In this document: piece after piece, positions 13,646-27,496 of the stretch | Numbering within the stretch: the first letter of the stretch is position 1 | How the letters are laid out: each line of letters begins with the position of its first letter | Origin: Squalus acanthias | Taxonomy: Eukaryota | Direction: 5' to 3' | Assembly (NCBI GenBank): GCA_030390025.1 | Contig: CM059432.1 | Coordinates: 125,924,001-125,988,000, forward strand | DNA length: 64,000 nt | Program-made: the position numbers and the translations under genes | Notes under the pieces: generated by a model | What the model saw: only the letters and a program-made list of their open reading frames with translations | Told to the model about the DNA's origin: nothing | Databases searched by the model: none

Positions 13646-14954
13646 CTGATGTAATAGATGGCAGGTCAAGTAGAGATCGGAGGAGCAATCTGTCAATGGC
13701 GTGATAGTTACTCGCAATGTGGTGAGAGTGGCTTCCGAGGTTGCAGAAAAGACCTGCAAACTCTAGACACCTAAATCTGTGCTCAAAATGGAGTCAGCAA
13801 GAGCCTTTCCCATAGGCAAGTAATCAGGTGTCATGTGGGAGTATTTATTGGGATTTCCATGCTCTGCATTAATGACCTGACTCAATGGCCACTGAACTTC
13901 CGCCTCAGGTTGACAGACGTGGTTCCCGAGCTGTGTGATACCCATGGTCATCCAGTGAAATTCAAAAGGTCTGGTTAAAATCCCTGTTTTCTCCCATGGC
14001 AGTGGGAAAATTGCAGCCTTGCTTTCTGAAAACCCGTGTGGCGTAGGGCCCCTGTGGCCTGCCCTCCTTCTTCCTCTTTTTTCAGGAACAGCAGGTCTGT
14101 GGACTCTCTCTCGCAGGTACTGCTGCTCCTCATCTGGCAGACCCAGCTGAACATCCATGAAAGCAACAACTGTGCAGAATTGTCCAGACAGAAAAGCTGC
14201 TGCACCTCCAAAATGTAGATTAAAGACATTTTAAAGCATGATAATTGCAGCCAAAACAGCTACAAGCAGCCCAACAAACACCCTAACAGCCTGTAATGAC
14301 TAACCAGAGAGTTACCATAATGAAGGTGAGGATCTTTTTAAATCGAGCTTGTGAAGGCTGCTTCCTGACTGACACCCCCCATGATTTACTAGATGGGTTT
14401 AATAACTGACTAATCAGGCACTGCCACAAACCAATTTCATGAATGGGTCTTAAATCAGTGCAAGGACCCTCATTATAATGTTTTAATTGGCACCACACTT
14501 AATTTAGGCAGGCGCCTGGGATGCCCACACCAATATGGCGACTTACACACTTCCGGTGCATTTGTCACTTGTGATCTACATTAGAAATTGGTATGTTGTG
14601 GACCCGTTTCATACCGTATAAACGGGCAAAGTGAGGTACAATTTTACCCCGTATATTCTCCGAGTTAATGTGTGTGACACCACAGGAGATTGACTAACAT
14701 ATATAAAAAACAACACTAAAATGCTGAAAAAACACTAAATGAAATGCCAAAGATTACAATTTTGTGTGGAAACATGCCCCAGACCCCACTAGAAAATAAC
14801 TTTTGTATATTGTACACAGTACTCGCACTTCAAAAGTTGCCACTACATCACTGCTGCTGACCCATTCCCAATTAAAAGAAACATCTTTGACATCACAGTT
14901 TTGTTTGTTTCAATCATAACAATCAAATTTCAACTCCCATCATCCCAGCACGAC

Positions 14955-15780
14955 CTCGCTGCAGGAGTTCCTCAGGGCACTGTCCTAGGCCCAACCATCT
15001 TCACCTGCTTCAATGGCCTTCCCTCATAAAGTCAGAAGTGGGGATGTTCGCTGATGATTACAAAGTGTTTAGTTCCATTCACAATTCCTCAGAGTATTAA
15101 GCTGTCTGTGCCCGCATGCAAGACCTGGACAACGTTCAGGCTTGGGCTTATAAGTGGCAAGTAACATTCACGTCACACAAGTGCCAGGCAATGACCATCT
15201 CCAACGAAAGCAAGTCTAACCACCTCCCCTTGACATTCAATGGCATTTCCATTATTTAATCCCCCACCATCAACATCCTGGGGGTCACCACTGACCAGAA
15301 ACTTAACTGGACCAGTCACATAAATACTGTGGCAACAAGAGTAGGCCAGAGGCTGGGTATTCTGTGGCGAGTGTCTCACTTCCTGACTCCCCAAAGCCTT
15401 TCCACCATCTACAAGGCTGCAGTGTGTACCATCTACTAGATGCACTGCAGCAACTCGCCAAGGCTTCTTCAACAGCACCTCCCAAACCTGTGACCTCTAC
15501 CACCTAGAAGGACAAGGACAGCAGGCGCATGGGACACCACCACCTCCAAGTTCCCCTCCAAGTCACACACCATCCTGACTTGGAAATATATCGCTGTTCC
15601 TTCATCGTCGCTGGGTCAAAATCCTGAAACTCCCTCCCTGACAGCACTGTGGGAGTACCTTCACCACACAGACTGCAGTGATTCAAGAAGGTGGCTCACC
15701 ACCACCACAAGGGCAAATAGGGATGGGCAATAAATGTTCGCCTTGCCAGCGATGCCCACATCCTGTGAATTAATAATAAA
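14955..15780 (+). mobile_element. 5'-truncated CR1-group LINE (RT end and 3' tail)
   Basis: AGVPQGTVLGP and MFADD motifs; tail ...GCCCACATCCTGTGAATTAATAATAAA shared with 20923-21240 and 49675-49777. Confidence 0.8.
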
Positions 15781-18700
15781 ATATATAAATAGCAAAGTAC
15801 TCACATAAGAACATGTTAAGCATTTGTATACTCAATTTTAGGCGATGATGAAAAGGTGTGGGTTGATAGAAGGACAGTTTTTTTCAGCCATATGTCCTTT
15901 TCCTGTTTCTAAATATTCTTATGTTCTTAAGAAATGAATGAGAAGGGTCATACTCTCTGTTTGTTCAGGTGCATGTCTGCAGAGCTCATTACCTGGTCTC
16001 AGGCTCTCTGGCCTATATGGAATATTGGGTCTTCTTGGCAATGTGGGACAGCAATCAACTTTCCTCCCAATGGATTTTTATTTTTAAAAAATGAACAAGA
16101 TATATTAAAAGGGAAGTATCTTGCATTGAGCGTACTTGCCTTGAGGAGACAGTCCCTTTCTTTTCTAAAGAAGACATTGTTAAAACATTAAAGGCATTGT
16201 AAAAGTATTGCTCTCTTCAATCTTCTCCTTCTCCGACCCATTTAGGTTTTTCTATAAACTCAAACTGGTGTAAACAAATTACAAGGGAAGTACAATATAA
16301 CAATACACTATACCTCATTTATAGTGAACCTAGCCACTACACTAATGAGTCCTAGCATAAAAATATGTTTTTACTTTTGATATACATTAAACAAACTACC
16401 AAAGGCATGAATTCGTGCTTCATGGGCACGTCATGGATACAGACAGTATCTCAATCAATTGGCCAAATTTCATGTCTGAGGTCAGACGTGATTGTCACCA
16501 GACTACTGAACCACATAATTGAGCAGTGTGTGTTGTTTAATCCCTAACGTTCTGGTATGAAGGAGATGAAAAGTATCTGTATTCTCTGGTATTTAGGCAA
16601 GATTGCCCGCTGTCTCCCTTTTAGGCTCGTTACAGCTTTGTGAATATCCAAATGTTTAGTTAACCACATTTACGTAGTATTGTTGAGAAGTATGAGCGCT
16701 CTAATCTCAGCACTACCAAGAATGCAGCAACAGTGTTTGTTATCATGTACTGCAAATGGAACGTCTGCAATTGACAAAGTACAGGATTCCTGCACAATTT
16801 ACTCCCCTGTTCTTTCCTCGGCCAATATCTGCATCTTTACACATGTTGGTTGTTTATAACCAATCTTCCAGCAAGAAATATGGAGGTGGGCTATCTAATC
16901 TGCCCTGTTACGTCATGAAATTAGGTTGTTTTCCCATTGCAAGGCATTGAAAGTCTCCCTGTAGTATTGCCTGGCTCTCTCACAATGTCTGCATAAGAAC
17001 AAGGAGCTGACATATTGTCAGAGGCAAATCAGATATGAAAAACCTAAGGGAATATTCAGGCAGATTGGTTGATTGGGAGGGAAGTTAGATGAGGGCACTC
17101 GGCATCATAGAAATTATCAGAAAAGTAGGATGAAGGAGAGGGCATGATATATGGAATAAGCTCGCACTAGCTATGCCCATCCTGAAATTGAGAAAAAAGA
17201 CACGAGAGGGTGGGAGAAATCAGCTCAAGAGGAAGAAAACTAAATAGCAACAAAAATCCAGAGCAGACAGAAAAGAAAAACAGCAAGAGAAGCAAAGCAC
17301 TGAACAGAGAGAAGCAACGTGAATGTTAGCAGTATGTTGGAAATATTACAGCAGGTTTTTTTTTTAAACCTTATATTCCACAGAGGAGTGAAAACCTGCA
17401 AAGATTGAAAAAAATTGTTTTTCATATTTTGTTCTTTTCGGATTTAGAAAAATATGTACAAACTAGAGCTGTACACAGGGAAGGGCACAATGACATAATT
17501 AATAATGAGTCATCACATTACTTATGCCCTCTCCAATAAGTACAAAACAGGCATTAATGTGTGTTTTTTGGTTTTTAGCAGGAAACTTGTTAGTGGTATT
17601 TTTAGTCAGCCAACCAAATGCTGATTGTAATAATGAAAATTGTTCAGGTTACCAAGCCAGAAATTGTCACTTTGACCAAAATAAATGAGTCGATTGATGG
17701 TAACAGTGGCACTGCCCTGGAAAATTCAAGTGATGTTTCTGTGTGGTTAATTTTTACTTTATTAGTTGAAGCATTACAACACAATGAAGACATATTGGGC
17801 ATTGAGTTATCTCAGCCAAGAACCTGAAGAGCATCATGGCAGGTAATGACCAAGCAAGGGGCCTTTAACTTTCTCCCCTCCACTGAGGAAAAGGTCACCC
17901 AACTGTTTATCATGGAAGCCATAAAAAGGCTGGATGTACAAGTCTTAGAGGAACAGGGCCAGCTGTGATCTTCTCCACAGTTAAATAGCCTGCTGACACC
18001 AACAGTGGGCTTTTCCATATCTGTGGCAGGGTGGGCTTTGCACCTGCCTATTGAGCCCTGGGCTAAGCCTGGTGGATTTTTCAGCATCTGGAGCAGCTGA
18101 AGAAGATATTTTCTTAAAAATTTCAGAACTTTAGGGGCTGCAGACCAATGACACTCCCTTGGGGGGGGGGGGGGATTAACATTTTTAATTCCCCTTGTCC
18201 ACCACACCAACAGTGGACGCCAACAACATACTGGCATCCCTTGCATTCAGCATTGCTATGGCAGTAATGACTGGAACTAATATGCAAGACATTTTCCAAT
18301 CATTACCACGTCATTTGAATATGCCTGCTCCTATTTGGGTAGACCTATTCAGCGGCCCTCGTTACTTCCAGGGAAAAATGCCCAAAGCGGCGACAATCTG
18401 CTGAGAGCCAGCAGAACTGCTTCCCGTCTGACTTTCCACCCCTGCCCTCCACAGACCTGCCTGAAATTGAGCAGACAGAGAGTGTCAGATCGGCCACCAA
18501 CTGTCTAGGTCACAATGAATTGTCACTTGAGATAAGTAACGGAACTGCTGCCAGCTGTGAAACTGTACCACAGTAGGCGTCAGTCCCTGCAGGGGAGGAG
18601 AGCAAATGGGGGGGAAAAAGCACACAAAAAACTAGCAATTTTTTTATCGTGTAGCTATATTGGGCCATTGCACTTTTGATGGTGAACATTAGCGGGCTTA

Positions 18701-19265
18701 ATGGAAACAAACTACAGTACCAACAATGACGTGAGGAAAGTAAATCACTCTCACTTGTTATACTGGACGAAAAATTGCTACTACAGTGATTAAAGTATTA
18801 AGACTATCTGAGAGGATTAAACAGATAACTGAAATATTCATGATTCTACACAAAATAAAACAGAACTTCAGAAGCAGCAATTAAATTTGTTCATAAGGCA
18901 GTAATATTTTTGGTCAGGTTCCTAATTAGAGAGGTTTTAATTGGATCTAGGCAGCTACAATAAACATGTAAACTACTAATCTCGTTAAATATTGCAACAG
19001 TAACTCTTTTTCCATGCTGTGTGATTCCATGGTTCTGGATATTCTCCTAATATTTCATTTTATGATTCATCATACTGTAATAATAACTAGTATCTCTCAT
19101 TGTGTTGCTCAAGAGTAATCCAGGACCTGGAATGTGGTTTCTGATCTTTAGCCCAGTACCGTGAAAACTCTAAATCAGTGGCCTTGTTTATTCTTACATT
19201 CATAAATGTGTGGGCTTTATTCCGCTCTCTCTCTCTCATTTAATTTATTTATATCTATATTTTTA

Positions 19266-19853
19266 GGGGGAAAATTGAGTCGCACCCCCTTTGGGGAGCT
19301 AACTTCGCCGGGTAGCCACTTTTAGCGCCCCAAAAAAATTAGCGACCCCGCGGCCAAAATTGAATGGTAGCTCCCCAAGAGGGAAGCGGGACGCTATTGG
19401 AAGTGCCCCGCCTCCCTCTTGGGGCGCTGCGAGGGAATATCGCGCCGCTACGTGCCGCGATACTGCAGGCCTTCCTCCCCTTCTTAAAGGGGAGGGGCCT
19501 TGCGCAGCGCGACCCGGGGCCCAGCTGGGCCACCAGGGATCGGAGTGCCGGCAAAAGAGCCCGGCACTCAAGAGAAGTGCCGGGCTCACGGAGTGCAGCC
19601 GGCACTCCGCGGGGGGGGGATTCACAGAAGGCCGGGAACGGCAAAGCGGGCAGGTGCTGGCAGGCGGCCAGCAACAAAAATGGCCGCCCGGCACCTCACC
19701 TTTAATTAGCGCTGCCCCGGCCGCAGGTAGGCCCCCCTGACCCCGTTGGACATAGCGTCCGGCGGTAAGTCAGGGGGCGCTACTGAAGATCGCGGTCAGG
19801 GCGCTGCGTACGGGGCGCTAATGGGAGGCGTAAAGCAACCGAATTTTTCCCCC
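19266..19853. mobile_element. GC-rich Harbinger-type MITE
   Basis: GGGGGAAAATT ... AATTTTTCCCCC termini, TTA target duplication; related to 41128-41791 and 63205-63837. Confidence 0.85.
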
Positions 19854-20547
19854 TTAATGTTTTACCTTTTTTAAAGCTGTGACACACAGCAAGTTGGTCT
19901 GCAGGATGTAGCAGGTTAGAGGTAGGTAATTAGTGTTTAGCAGTATTGAAGGTGGGGTCGCGGAGTTCAGCAATGACTAAGGGATGGTTCTGGGCTTTGG
20001 TAGCACTGGAAAGTGGGCGGGAAGAGGCTGCCAGTCTACTGAAGCTGGTGAGTGAGAAAGGGACTTTTGGGGTGTCTCACAGTAGGGAAAGGGGCAGAGT
20101 CCAGGGCAGGGAAGGCCCAAACTCTGTTTGTGGGGCTTGAAAGAGCACTCCTGATCACACAAAAGAAAGTAAAAAAGTTTACCTGGTGCTCTTGTTAGCT
20201 TTACGATCCTCTACACATTGGTTTTCACCGGTGGGAAGGCCACAGCAGCATCCCTGCTCAGGCTGAAGTTAAAATCACTGTCGGAGCCCCCAATGATGTC
20301 ATCAAATCCTGATTAGCATATGTGAATTAGGACCCTGCCGACTTTTGGTTGGTGGCTTAGCTGCCTGTCCGGAAGCACCCATTAAAATGAGAAATGGTGG
20401 GATGCGAGGGGCTTTCCAGCAGGTAAGCAACCCGAGCCATTTTAATTGCCAAACTGCCTGAGCAGTCAGGTTAAAAATTCCCCACATCACCACCCCACCC
20501 CCCGTCTATTTCTGTGTGTCCTTCTTTCACACACTGACAGGCATCCT

Positions 20548-21527
20548 GGTCTAGATTTTTGATGGTGTGATGCCCATTTTTCGAGAGCTAAACGAATGCC
20601 TAAGCCTCCAAAAATGCCCCATCCACCATATTGGTACAGGCAAAAAAAAAGGTGCCCTGGGCCCGTGCCTGAAACAAGCATTAGTCCCTTTACATATGCA
20701 AATATGTTTGAGGCCCCCTATGCAAAATTGAGTTGCCCTGAATGCAGTGGGCGGGCTGCATTCAGGAAAACCAGGTCTACATGCGGCCCTTATAGGGACC
20801 ACTGCAGGCTACCACCAAAAAGGTAGGTTTGTAAACTATACTTACCTGAAATTGGAGTCAGAAGGAGCTCCACATTAAAACCGTGGGCTGCTGCCAACCA
20901 CCTCTCGCTCTTTCCCTCTTCGGCAGCACCTCCCAAACCCGCGACCTCTTCCACCTAGAAGGACAAGGGCAGCTTGCACATGGGAACACCACCACCTCCA
21001 AGTTCCCTCCAAGTCACACATCATCCTGACTTAGAAGTATACTGCTGATCCTTCATCGTCGCTGGGTCAAAATCTCGGAACTCCCTCCCTAACAGCACTG
21101 TGGGAGTACCTTATCACTGCACGGACTGCAGCGGTTCAAGAAGGCGGCTCACCACCAGCTTCTCAAGGGCAATTAGGGATGGACAATAAATGCTGGCCTT
21201 GCCAGCGAGGCCCACATCCCATAAACAAATTTTAAAAAAATACCTCCTGGATCCCGCAGTCCTCGCCTTACATTAGCTGGCAGGTTTCACGAGGTCTGCA
21301 AAACCCGACCAGCTAAAGTTAAATTCAAAATGGAGGTTAAATCAGAAGTTCCAGCCTCATTATAATAATTAAATGGGCATCCCGCCTTCTGGGAGCCCCC
21401 CATCCCGCCTCCATTAAAACCGGAAGTGGGCGGATTGGAGGTGGGTTCTGGTCGGGATTCAGATTTTTAACAGTTTAACTTCCCACGCGACCCCAACCCA
21501 CCCATTTTTTGGGGTTAAAATTCCCCC
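20548..21527. mobile_element. Harbinger-type MITE containing a CR1 3'-tail insertion (about 20923-21240)
   Basis: GGTCTAGATTTT ... AAAATTCCCCC ends; internal segment matches the 3' end of the LINE at 14955-15780. Confidence 0.55.
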
Positions 21528-22615
21528 TATAGCTTCCGTTAGCTAGTTTTTATAAAATCTCTTTGATGCCCCAAAACTGTGAAAGTAATATCACAGTGAA
21601 ATGGCAATGTTCCCCAGAAGTCTACTATAATTTGCAATAAAAAATTCAAATAATTAAAAATCAATTTACAAGAATGGCCAAGTACTGTCAGAATTCTGAA
21701 TGGATGCTTGTGTTTCAGCCTTTTATTTACACCCACAAGTCTGCCAATAACTCTCTCATGGAATTAAGACAATCATTCTGCTTGTACTGTTGCATTGATA
21801 TTTCTACCAATGATTGGTGGAGTTTCATCCACCATGATGCAAAAATCATTTTGATTTAACGCCATGACATGCTTAATTGTGCCGAATTAATATTCATGTT
21901 TCAGTTTAAATGTGTGTGCATGCTGTACTCTTGTACAGCTGCATCAGAAATACAACCGAGAGTTGGGGGGAAAAGTGGGATCATATGGTATAGATGTTCT
22001 GACTTCCTTTTTGTTGCACTAGCAAACTAAAGGATAGGGATGAAGTTCAAGTAAAATGCTTCACTGGAGTTTTGTGCACGTCTGTTAAGGAATGTCGAAG
22101 TTGGGAATGGAACATGTTTCTCTTTTACCTCCTGTGTCAGTATCGAGCAGCCCAAGATCTGGTAGCATAGGCTATGTACAGGGGACAGCCCCCTCTACTT
22201 CAACCCAATAATAAGCCTGTGCCCAACTTCAGATTGACATTTCCATTTCTTTGATCAATCACTCCTATGGCCTCTCTGAGTGTGATTTACTGCTAATTAG
22301 TTCTGAATTACTCATAGCTTTGTGCTGTTACCATGTGTCCACTTAGAACGAGATTGAGACTGTCAAAACTCATTTCCCTTTGAATCCTCACAGTTTTCCT
22401 CGTGATGAGACTTTCATCGCACAGTCTCGGTTGATTCAAACCCAGCAACCAGTGGTGAAAGCAGTTTCTAATCCCCTGCACCACACATCACCAGCTTTTA
22501 GGTTGCTATCCAGGGATGGCCCTGTGGAGGAGGCTAGTACAAGTTTGAAGTCTACCCTAAGCTTGACAGCACAATGTAGGGATTGATCCTGGATCCCAAG
22601 CTTGTGGGTGAGAGT

Positions 22616-22882
22616 ACAACAGAAAGCGCTGGAAAAACTCAGCAGGCCAGGCAACATCCGTGGAGAGAGAAACAGAGTTAACGTTTCAGGTCGAAGACCT
22701 TTCGTCAGAACTGAGAAAAAAGCAGTTCCTGCTTTTTTCTCAGTTCTGCCGATGGGTCTTCGACCTGAAACGTTAACTCTGTTTCTCTCTCCACGGATGT
22801 TGCCTGGCCTGCTGAGTTTTTCCAGCGCTTTCTGTTGTTATTTCAGTTTTCCAGCATCCGCAGTATTTTGCTATTGTATCAG
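22616..22882. mobile_element. Penelope-type fold-back retroelement with minimal hammerhead motifs
   Basis: ~110-bp inverted arms (22616-22838) around a TTC loop; 14-bp direct repeat TTGTGGGTGAGAGT at 22602-22615 and 22883-22896; CTGACGA-stem-GAAACGTT on the - strand. Confidence 0.8.
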
Positions 22883-23595
22883 TTGTGGGTGAGAGTGGTG
22901 TGTTCTCCACCACTCCCCCGCACCCCGCCAGCCCTCAACTCCCCAAGCAGATGCCTTATTAAAAAAATTGCCAAAGCAGATGTCTTTGCCGCTCCTTCCA
23001 TTCCTACATTACAACAGCGACTACACTTTAAAAATACTTCATTGGCTGTGGAGCGCTTTGGAACGTCCTGAGGTTGTGAAAGGCGCTATATAAATGCAAG
23101 TTTTTCTTTCCATGGTGATGATGCAACCTCTGAGTGATGTTGGATGTGGCAGAACCATCTGTGCAGATATTAATGAATACTTTTAATTGACTTTGGATGA
23201 TCCATGAATTGCAGATGTTTTTACAGGATTTTTCCAGAAGTCAAAGGGGGAGAAATTCATTATAGCCCAGGAATGGGCGTTAACTTTTGAAAAGTTTGCG
23301 ATTTAGCGCCGGGTGCTAATGCTTCAGACTGCACACAAAATTCAGTCTCATTGCACAAAGAAAGGATGGGAGCGCTAAATCAAGCGCTAATGGTCTAGCT
23401 CAGTGGCGTTAAACTCAAAGCGCTGAACAATATCAGGTGTAGTCTAATCACAAGTCATCATTGCCACAGGCTCTTTCCAGTTCTTAAAGGGGAGGTTAAT
23501 TGAAGCTGCAGAACCTCATTCTCATTATTGTGGAGCTGTCTCAGCCAGCAGCAGCAGGTCAAGGAGAAGGAGCCAGACGACTCAAGCAGCCGTAA

Positions 23596-25900
23596 TGATG
23601 GCAGATCCATGCCCTAGGGAGAGAGCCTGCAGATTCTGCGACCATTGTGGCGTTGGTCTTCGCAGTGGAAAGACGGAGAGCGGTGCTCTACCTGGCAAGT
23701 GGCAGGAGGCCCTCGCCGCAAGTCTTCCGCACCATGTGGAGGGAGGTAGCCCAGCAGGTCTCGGGTAGCACTGTGGTCCCCAGGACCCACACACAGTGCA
23801 GGAAGAAATCTAACGACCTCACTCGGGTGGTCAGGGTGAGTCAATGCTTCAACAAATGCTACATACAGCCATCTGAACAACAGTCTGCACACATTGCCTA
23901 AAGCACCAGACCCCCAGCACTCACCCACCAACAATCTCTACCAACACTCACACCCACATCTCACACCTTGCACACAATGACAGCTATTCAACTATGGCAG
24001 GCACATCACCCAAACACATTGCTCCACACTCACTCACACACTTTCCTTTCTCTTGCAGGCCAAGGTGGTTCACAACAAGAGGGAGCAGGAGCGCACAGGC
24101 GGGGGACAAGCCGACACTCAACCACTGTCTGAGCTGGAGACTCGAGTGCCGCACATTATTGGGCGCCAGGTGGTGGGCGTCGTGACTAGCGGTGACATTG
24201 ACCCCCTTGGGGACAACAACGATATGTTCATCCCTACTCCTTCTCCTCACATCCCACTTTACCCCTCACTCCACAAGCATTTCGTACTTTCCAGCTAATC
24301 ATGCTGTATGCATGCATTTCTCCCTTCCTGCCCCCCTCCCCTCACCTTAACCCAACTCTTGTGCCTTTATGCTTTCAGATAATCAGCAAGCACCTGAGCA
24401 GCCTGTCCCTGAGGGCACCGTAGAGAGCGAGGCGGGGGAAGAGGAGGAAAAACACACTGCGTCACTGCATGTCTCACCCGCAGGCACCAGCTCAGATACT
24501 GGCACCACACGTTCTTTAGAGGCTAGTATAGTAGCGGGATCTGCACAGGGTGAGGCACCGGGGACGAGCGGGCTGCAGCAAGGCCAGGAGGAAAGGGTAG
24601 CTTGGGAGCCAGCTCCCCGGAGGGCGAGTTCACGCGCAAGTTCTGCTGCACAGGACTCAGATGAGGACCTCAATGGGGAGGCCTTTAGAAGAAGGGTGAT
24701 GGGCATGCACACGGAGAAGATAGGTGCAATTGTAGTGTCAGCTGTGGCTCAGTGGGTAGCACACTCGCTTCTGAGTCAGAAGGTTGTGGGTTCAAGTCCC
24801 ACTCCAGGGACTTGAGCAGATAAATCTCGGCTGACACTCCAGTGCAGTGCTGAGTGAGTGCTGCACTGTCGGAGGTGCCGTCTTTCAGATGAGACGTTAA
24901 ACCAAGGCCCCGTCTGCTCTCTCAGGTGGACGTAAAAGATCCCATGGCACTATTTCGAAGAAGAGCAGGGGAGTTATCCCCGGTGTCCTGGCCAATATTT
25001 ATCCCTCAACCAACATCACTAAAACAGATTATCTGGTCATTATCACATTGCTGTTTGTGGGAGCTTGCTGTGCACAAATTGGCTGCTGCTTTTCCCACAT
25101 TACAACAGTGACTATACTTCAAAAAGTACTTCATTAGCTGTAAAGCACTTTGAGACGTCCGGTGGTTGTGAAAGGCGCTATATAAATGCAAGTCTTTCTT
25201 TCAATGGCAAGAGTGCTTGAGAGCCTCTCGGCAATGGTAAGGAGCGTGGAGGAGTCCGCCTTCATCATTGCACAGAGCTCTGCGCCCATCATTTCCAGTC
25301 TGCAAAGGATGGTGGATTTCCAGAGAGACCGTGGTGACCCAGACCTGATGCCACGTGTGATAGGCGATCCGGTAGCTTCCATTGCAGCACAGGCGGGCGG
25401 ACGCCACGTAACATCTTAGTGCTGTAATGCAGTCTATGTTTGGTGACATCCAATCGCAGGCTCAGCTTGATGCAATGCAAGCTCTGACTGCTGCCATCGT
25501 GGCTGGGTCTCCCACCGTCGACCGGGGCTTTCACGGTGTCGTAACAGGCCAGCAATTTGTGCTCCAACAGCTTGCTAGGAATGCTGAGGTGCTGCTCTGG
25601 GGGGAGTGCCAGTGGGTCAGTGGAGCAGGAACCTGCTGTCCTCTCTCAGCATGACAACATTCCTGCTCCCACCGCTGGCACTCGGCCGCTGCCTGTCATC
25701 CTGCCAGCCCAGACTGCTGCCGCTATGCTGAGGTGGTGCAGTCTACAGCCGGGCCTTCCAGGCCCAGAGCTGGTCGAGGGCGTCCTGCATGGACACTCAG
25801 CAGCCCTGCTGCAGCCACTGGGCCAACACTTTGTAGGAGCACTAGAGTAGGCAAAGGCACAGTAACGAGAGGCACTAAGGGATTGCACAAGGGTGAATAG
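23596..25900 (+). pseudogene. Harbinger Myb/SANT gene remnant, interrupted by a SINE
   Basis: AVERRRAVLY...MWREVAQQVS...RTHTQCRKKSNDL then AGG|GTGAGT; exon 2 AKVVHNKREQERTGGG. Confidence 0.8.
24734..25202 (+). mobile_element. tRNA-derived Deu-SINE (SacSINE1/AmnSINE-like)
   Basis: Head TGGCTCAGTGGGTAGC...GGTTCAAGTCCC; core CTGCACTGTCGGAGGTGCCGTCTTTCAGATGAGACGTTAAACC; tail GGCGCTATATAAATGCAAGTCTTTCTTT. Confidence 0.8.
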
Positions 25901-26056
25901 GTAATAATGTTGCTGTAAATATGTGTTCACTGATTATTGATGAATTTATCAATTCAGTTTGGATTATTTTGTACTGTCTCTCATTTCAGCTTTGCGCTGT
26001 GATATGGCCTGCAACAGGGATGGAAAGTGGTGAGCAACGGGGATCTGGAGTTTAAT

Positions 26057-27230
26057 TCATTCGAACCGCAGTCTGATGAGGCGGTCACGGACCATCCTTC
26101 CAGAAGGCCGATTGAGTGGCTGCCTCCTCCCTCGCTCCTCTTCCTCCTCCTCTTCCTCCTTCTGGCCTTCCTCTTCCACCTCCTCCTCCTCCTCTCCCTC
26201 CTCCTGGGGTGGTCCCGCAATCCCTGGTGGCAATGGCTTTGCCCTCATGATGGCCAAGTTGTGGAGCATGCAGCAGACCACGACGAAATTGGACACCTGC
26301 TCAGCAGAGTACTGGAGGGCTCCTCCCGAGCGGTCAAGGCAGTGGAACCATTGCTTGAGCACAGCGATGGTCTGCTCAATGATGTTCCTGTCTCTCATTA
26401 TATGAGTGCTGGGTAGAAGTGTTGGGGCTGCGGAGGGGAGTCATGAGCCAGGTGGAGAGCGGATAACCCTTGTCTCCGACCAGCCAGCTGCGAGCTTGAT
26501 GTGGTGGCTGGAAGAGTGCTGGCACACCGGTCTGGCGCAGGATGAAGGCATCGTGGCTGCTGCCAGGATAGTGGGCATTCACATTGAGGATTCGCTGTCT
26601 GTGATCGCACACCAACTGCACATTAAGCGAGTGGTAGCCTTTGCGGTTACGGAACATCTCAGGATGTTATGCGGAGCCTGCTAAGCCACGTGGGTGCAGT
26701 CAATGGCGCCCTGCACCATGGGGAAGCCCGCTATCCTGGCAAAGACACGTGCACGTTCGTCCTGCTTCTCTCTTGTGATGGGGAAGGAGATGTAATCCCT
26801 TCTCCTACTGTAGAGAGCCTCTGTGACCTCCTGGATGCAGCGATGGACGGCAAACTGCCAGATGTTAGCTATATCTCCTGGTGCAGACTGGAAGGATTCA
26901 ATGGCGAAGAAATTAGGGCGACGGTGAGCTTGACTGCGACTGAGAGAGCCGTGGTCGCCCTGATCTGAGGCTCGAGGTCTGGTTGCAGGAGGTGGCAGAG
27001 TTCTGTGACCACCACCTTGGTGATGCAGAGCCCTCTAATACACTGCTCCTCGCTTCATTGAAGGTAGGAGAAGTGCTGTCGGAATAGTCTCAGAGGGTAA
27101 GGCCTACTGTTGAGAGCCCTGGTGGCCCTACTCCTCCCTCTGGCCACATGTTCCAATCTTTCTCGCTGCCTCCGCTCCCTCCACAGTAGATCCTGGAGGG
27201 CGAGGTCGACTGCCAGTACAGCCCCCATTA
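26057..27230 (-). pseudogene. HARBI1-like transposase, frameshifted
   Basis: NRKGYHSLNVQLVCD, YPGSSHDAFIL, LVGDKGYPL, IIEQTIAVLKQWFHCLDRSGG across ORFs 26376-26657 and 26057-26398. Confidence 0.9.
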
Positions 27231-27496
27231 ATGTAACCAAGTGTAGCACTTTGATATGTTGTGAGAATAAATGCAACTAATTGTTAGTAGCCACAACACT
27301 CCTGATACTAAACAACCTTTAAATGACTGAATGAAACGGTTTCATAATCTCTAACTGACAAGGAATCAGTGAAACAGCACTAACCTGACAGCTGTGACTT
27401 ATTACCGAGGATGCTTTTAATACTACCCCTGGAGCCGGCATCCACCTGCTTGATGCCTCCTCTCCCTGTCGCTGTTGGGGCGAGGCGCTAAGGCAG

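Larger units (their letters stand above)
10011..13975. mobile_element. Near full-length two-gene Harbinger/PIF transposon (right end unclear; another Harbinger-like end runs to 14650)
   Basis: Left TIR ATT|GGGCTGGAATTTT; convergent Myb (+) and transposase (-) genes; homologous to 44407-46154 and 60323-62930. Confidence 0.85.
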
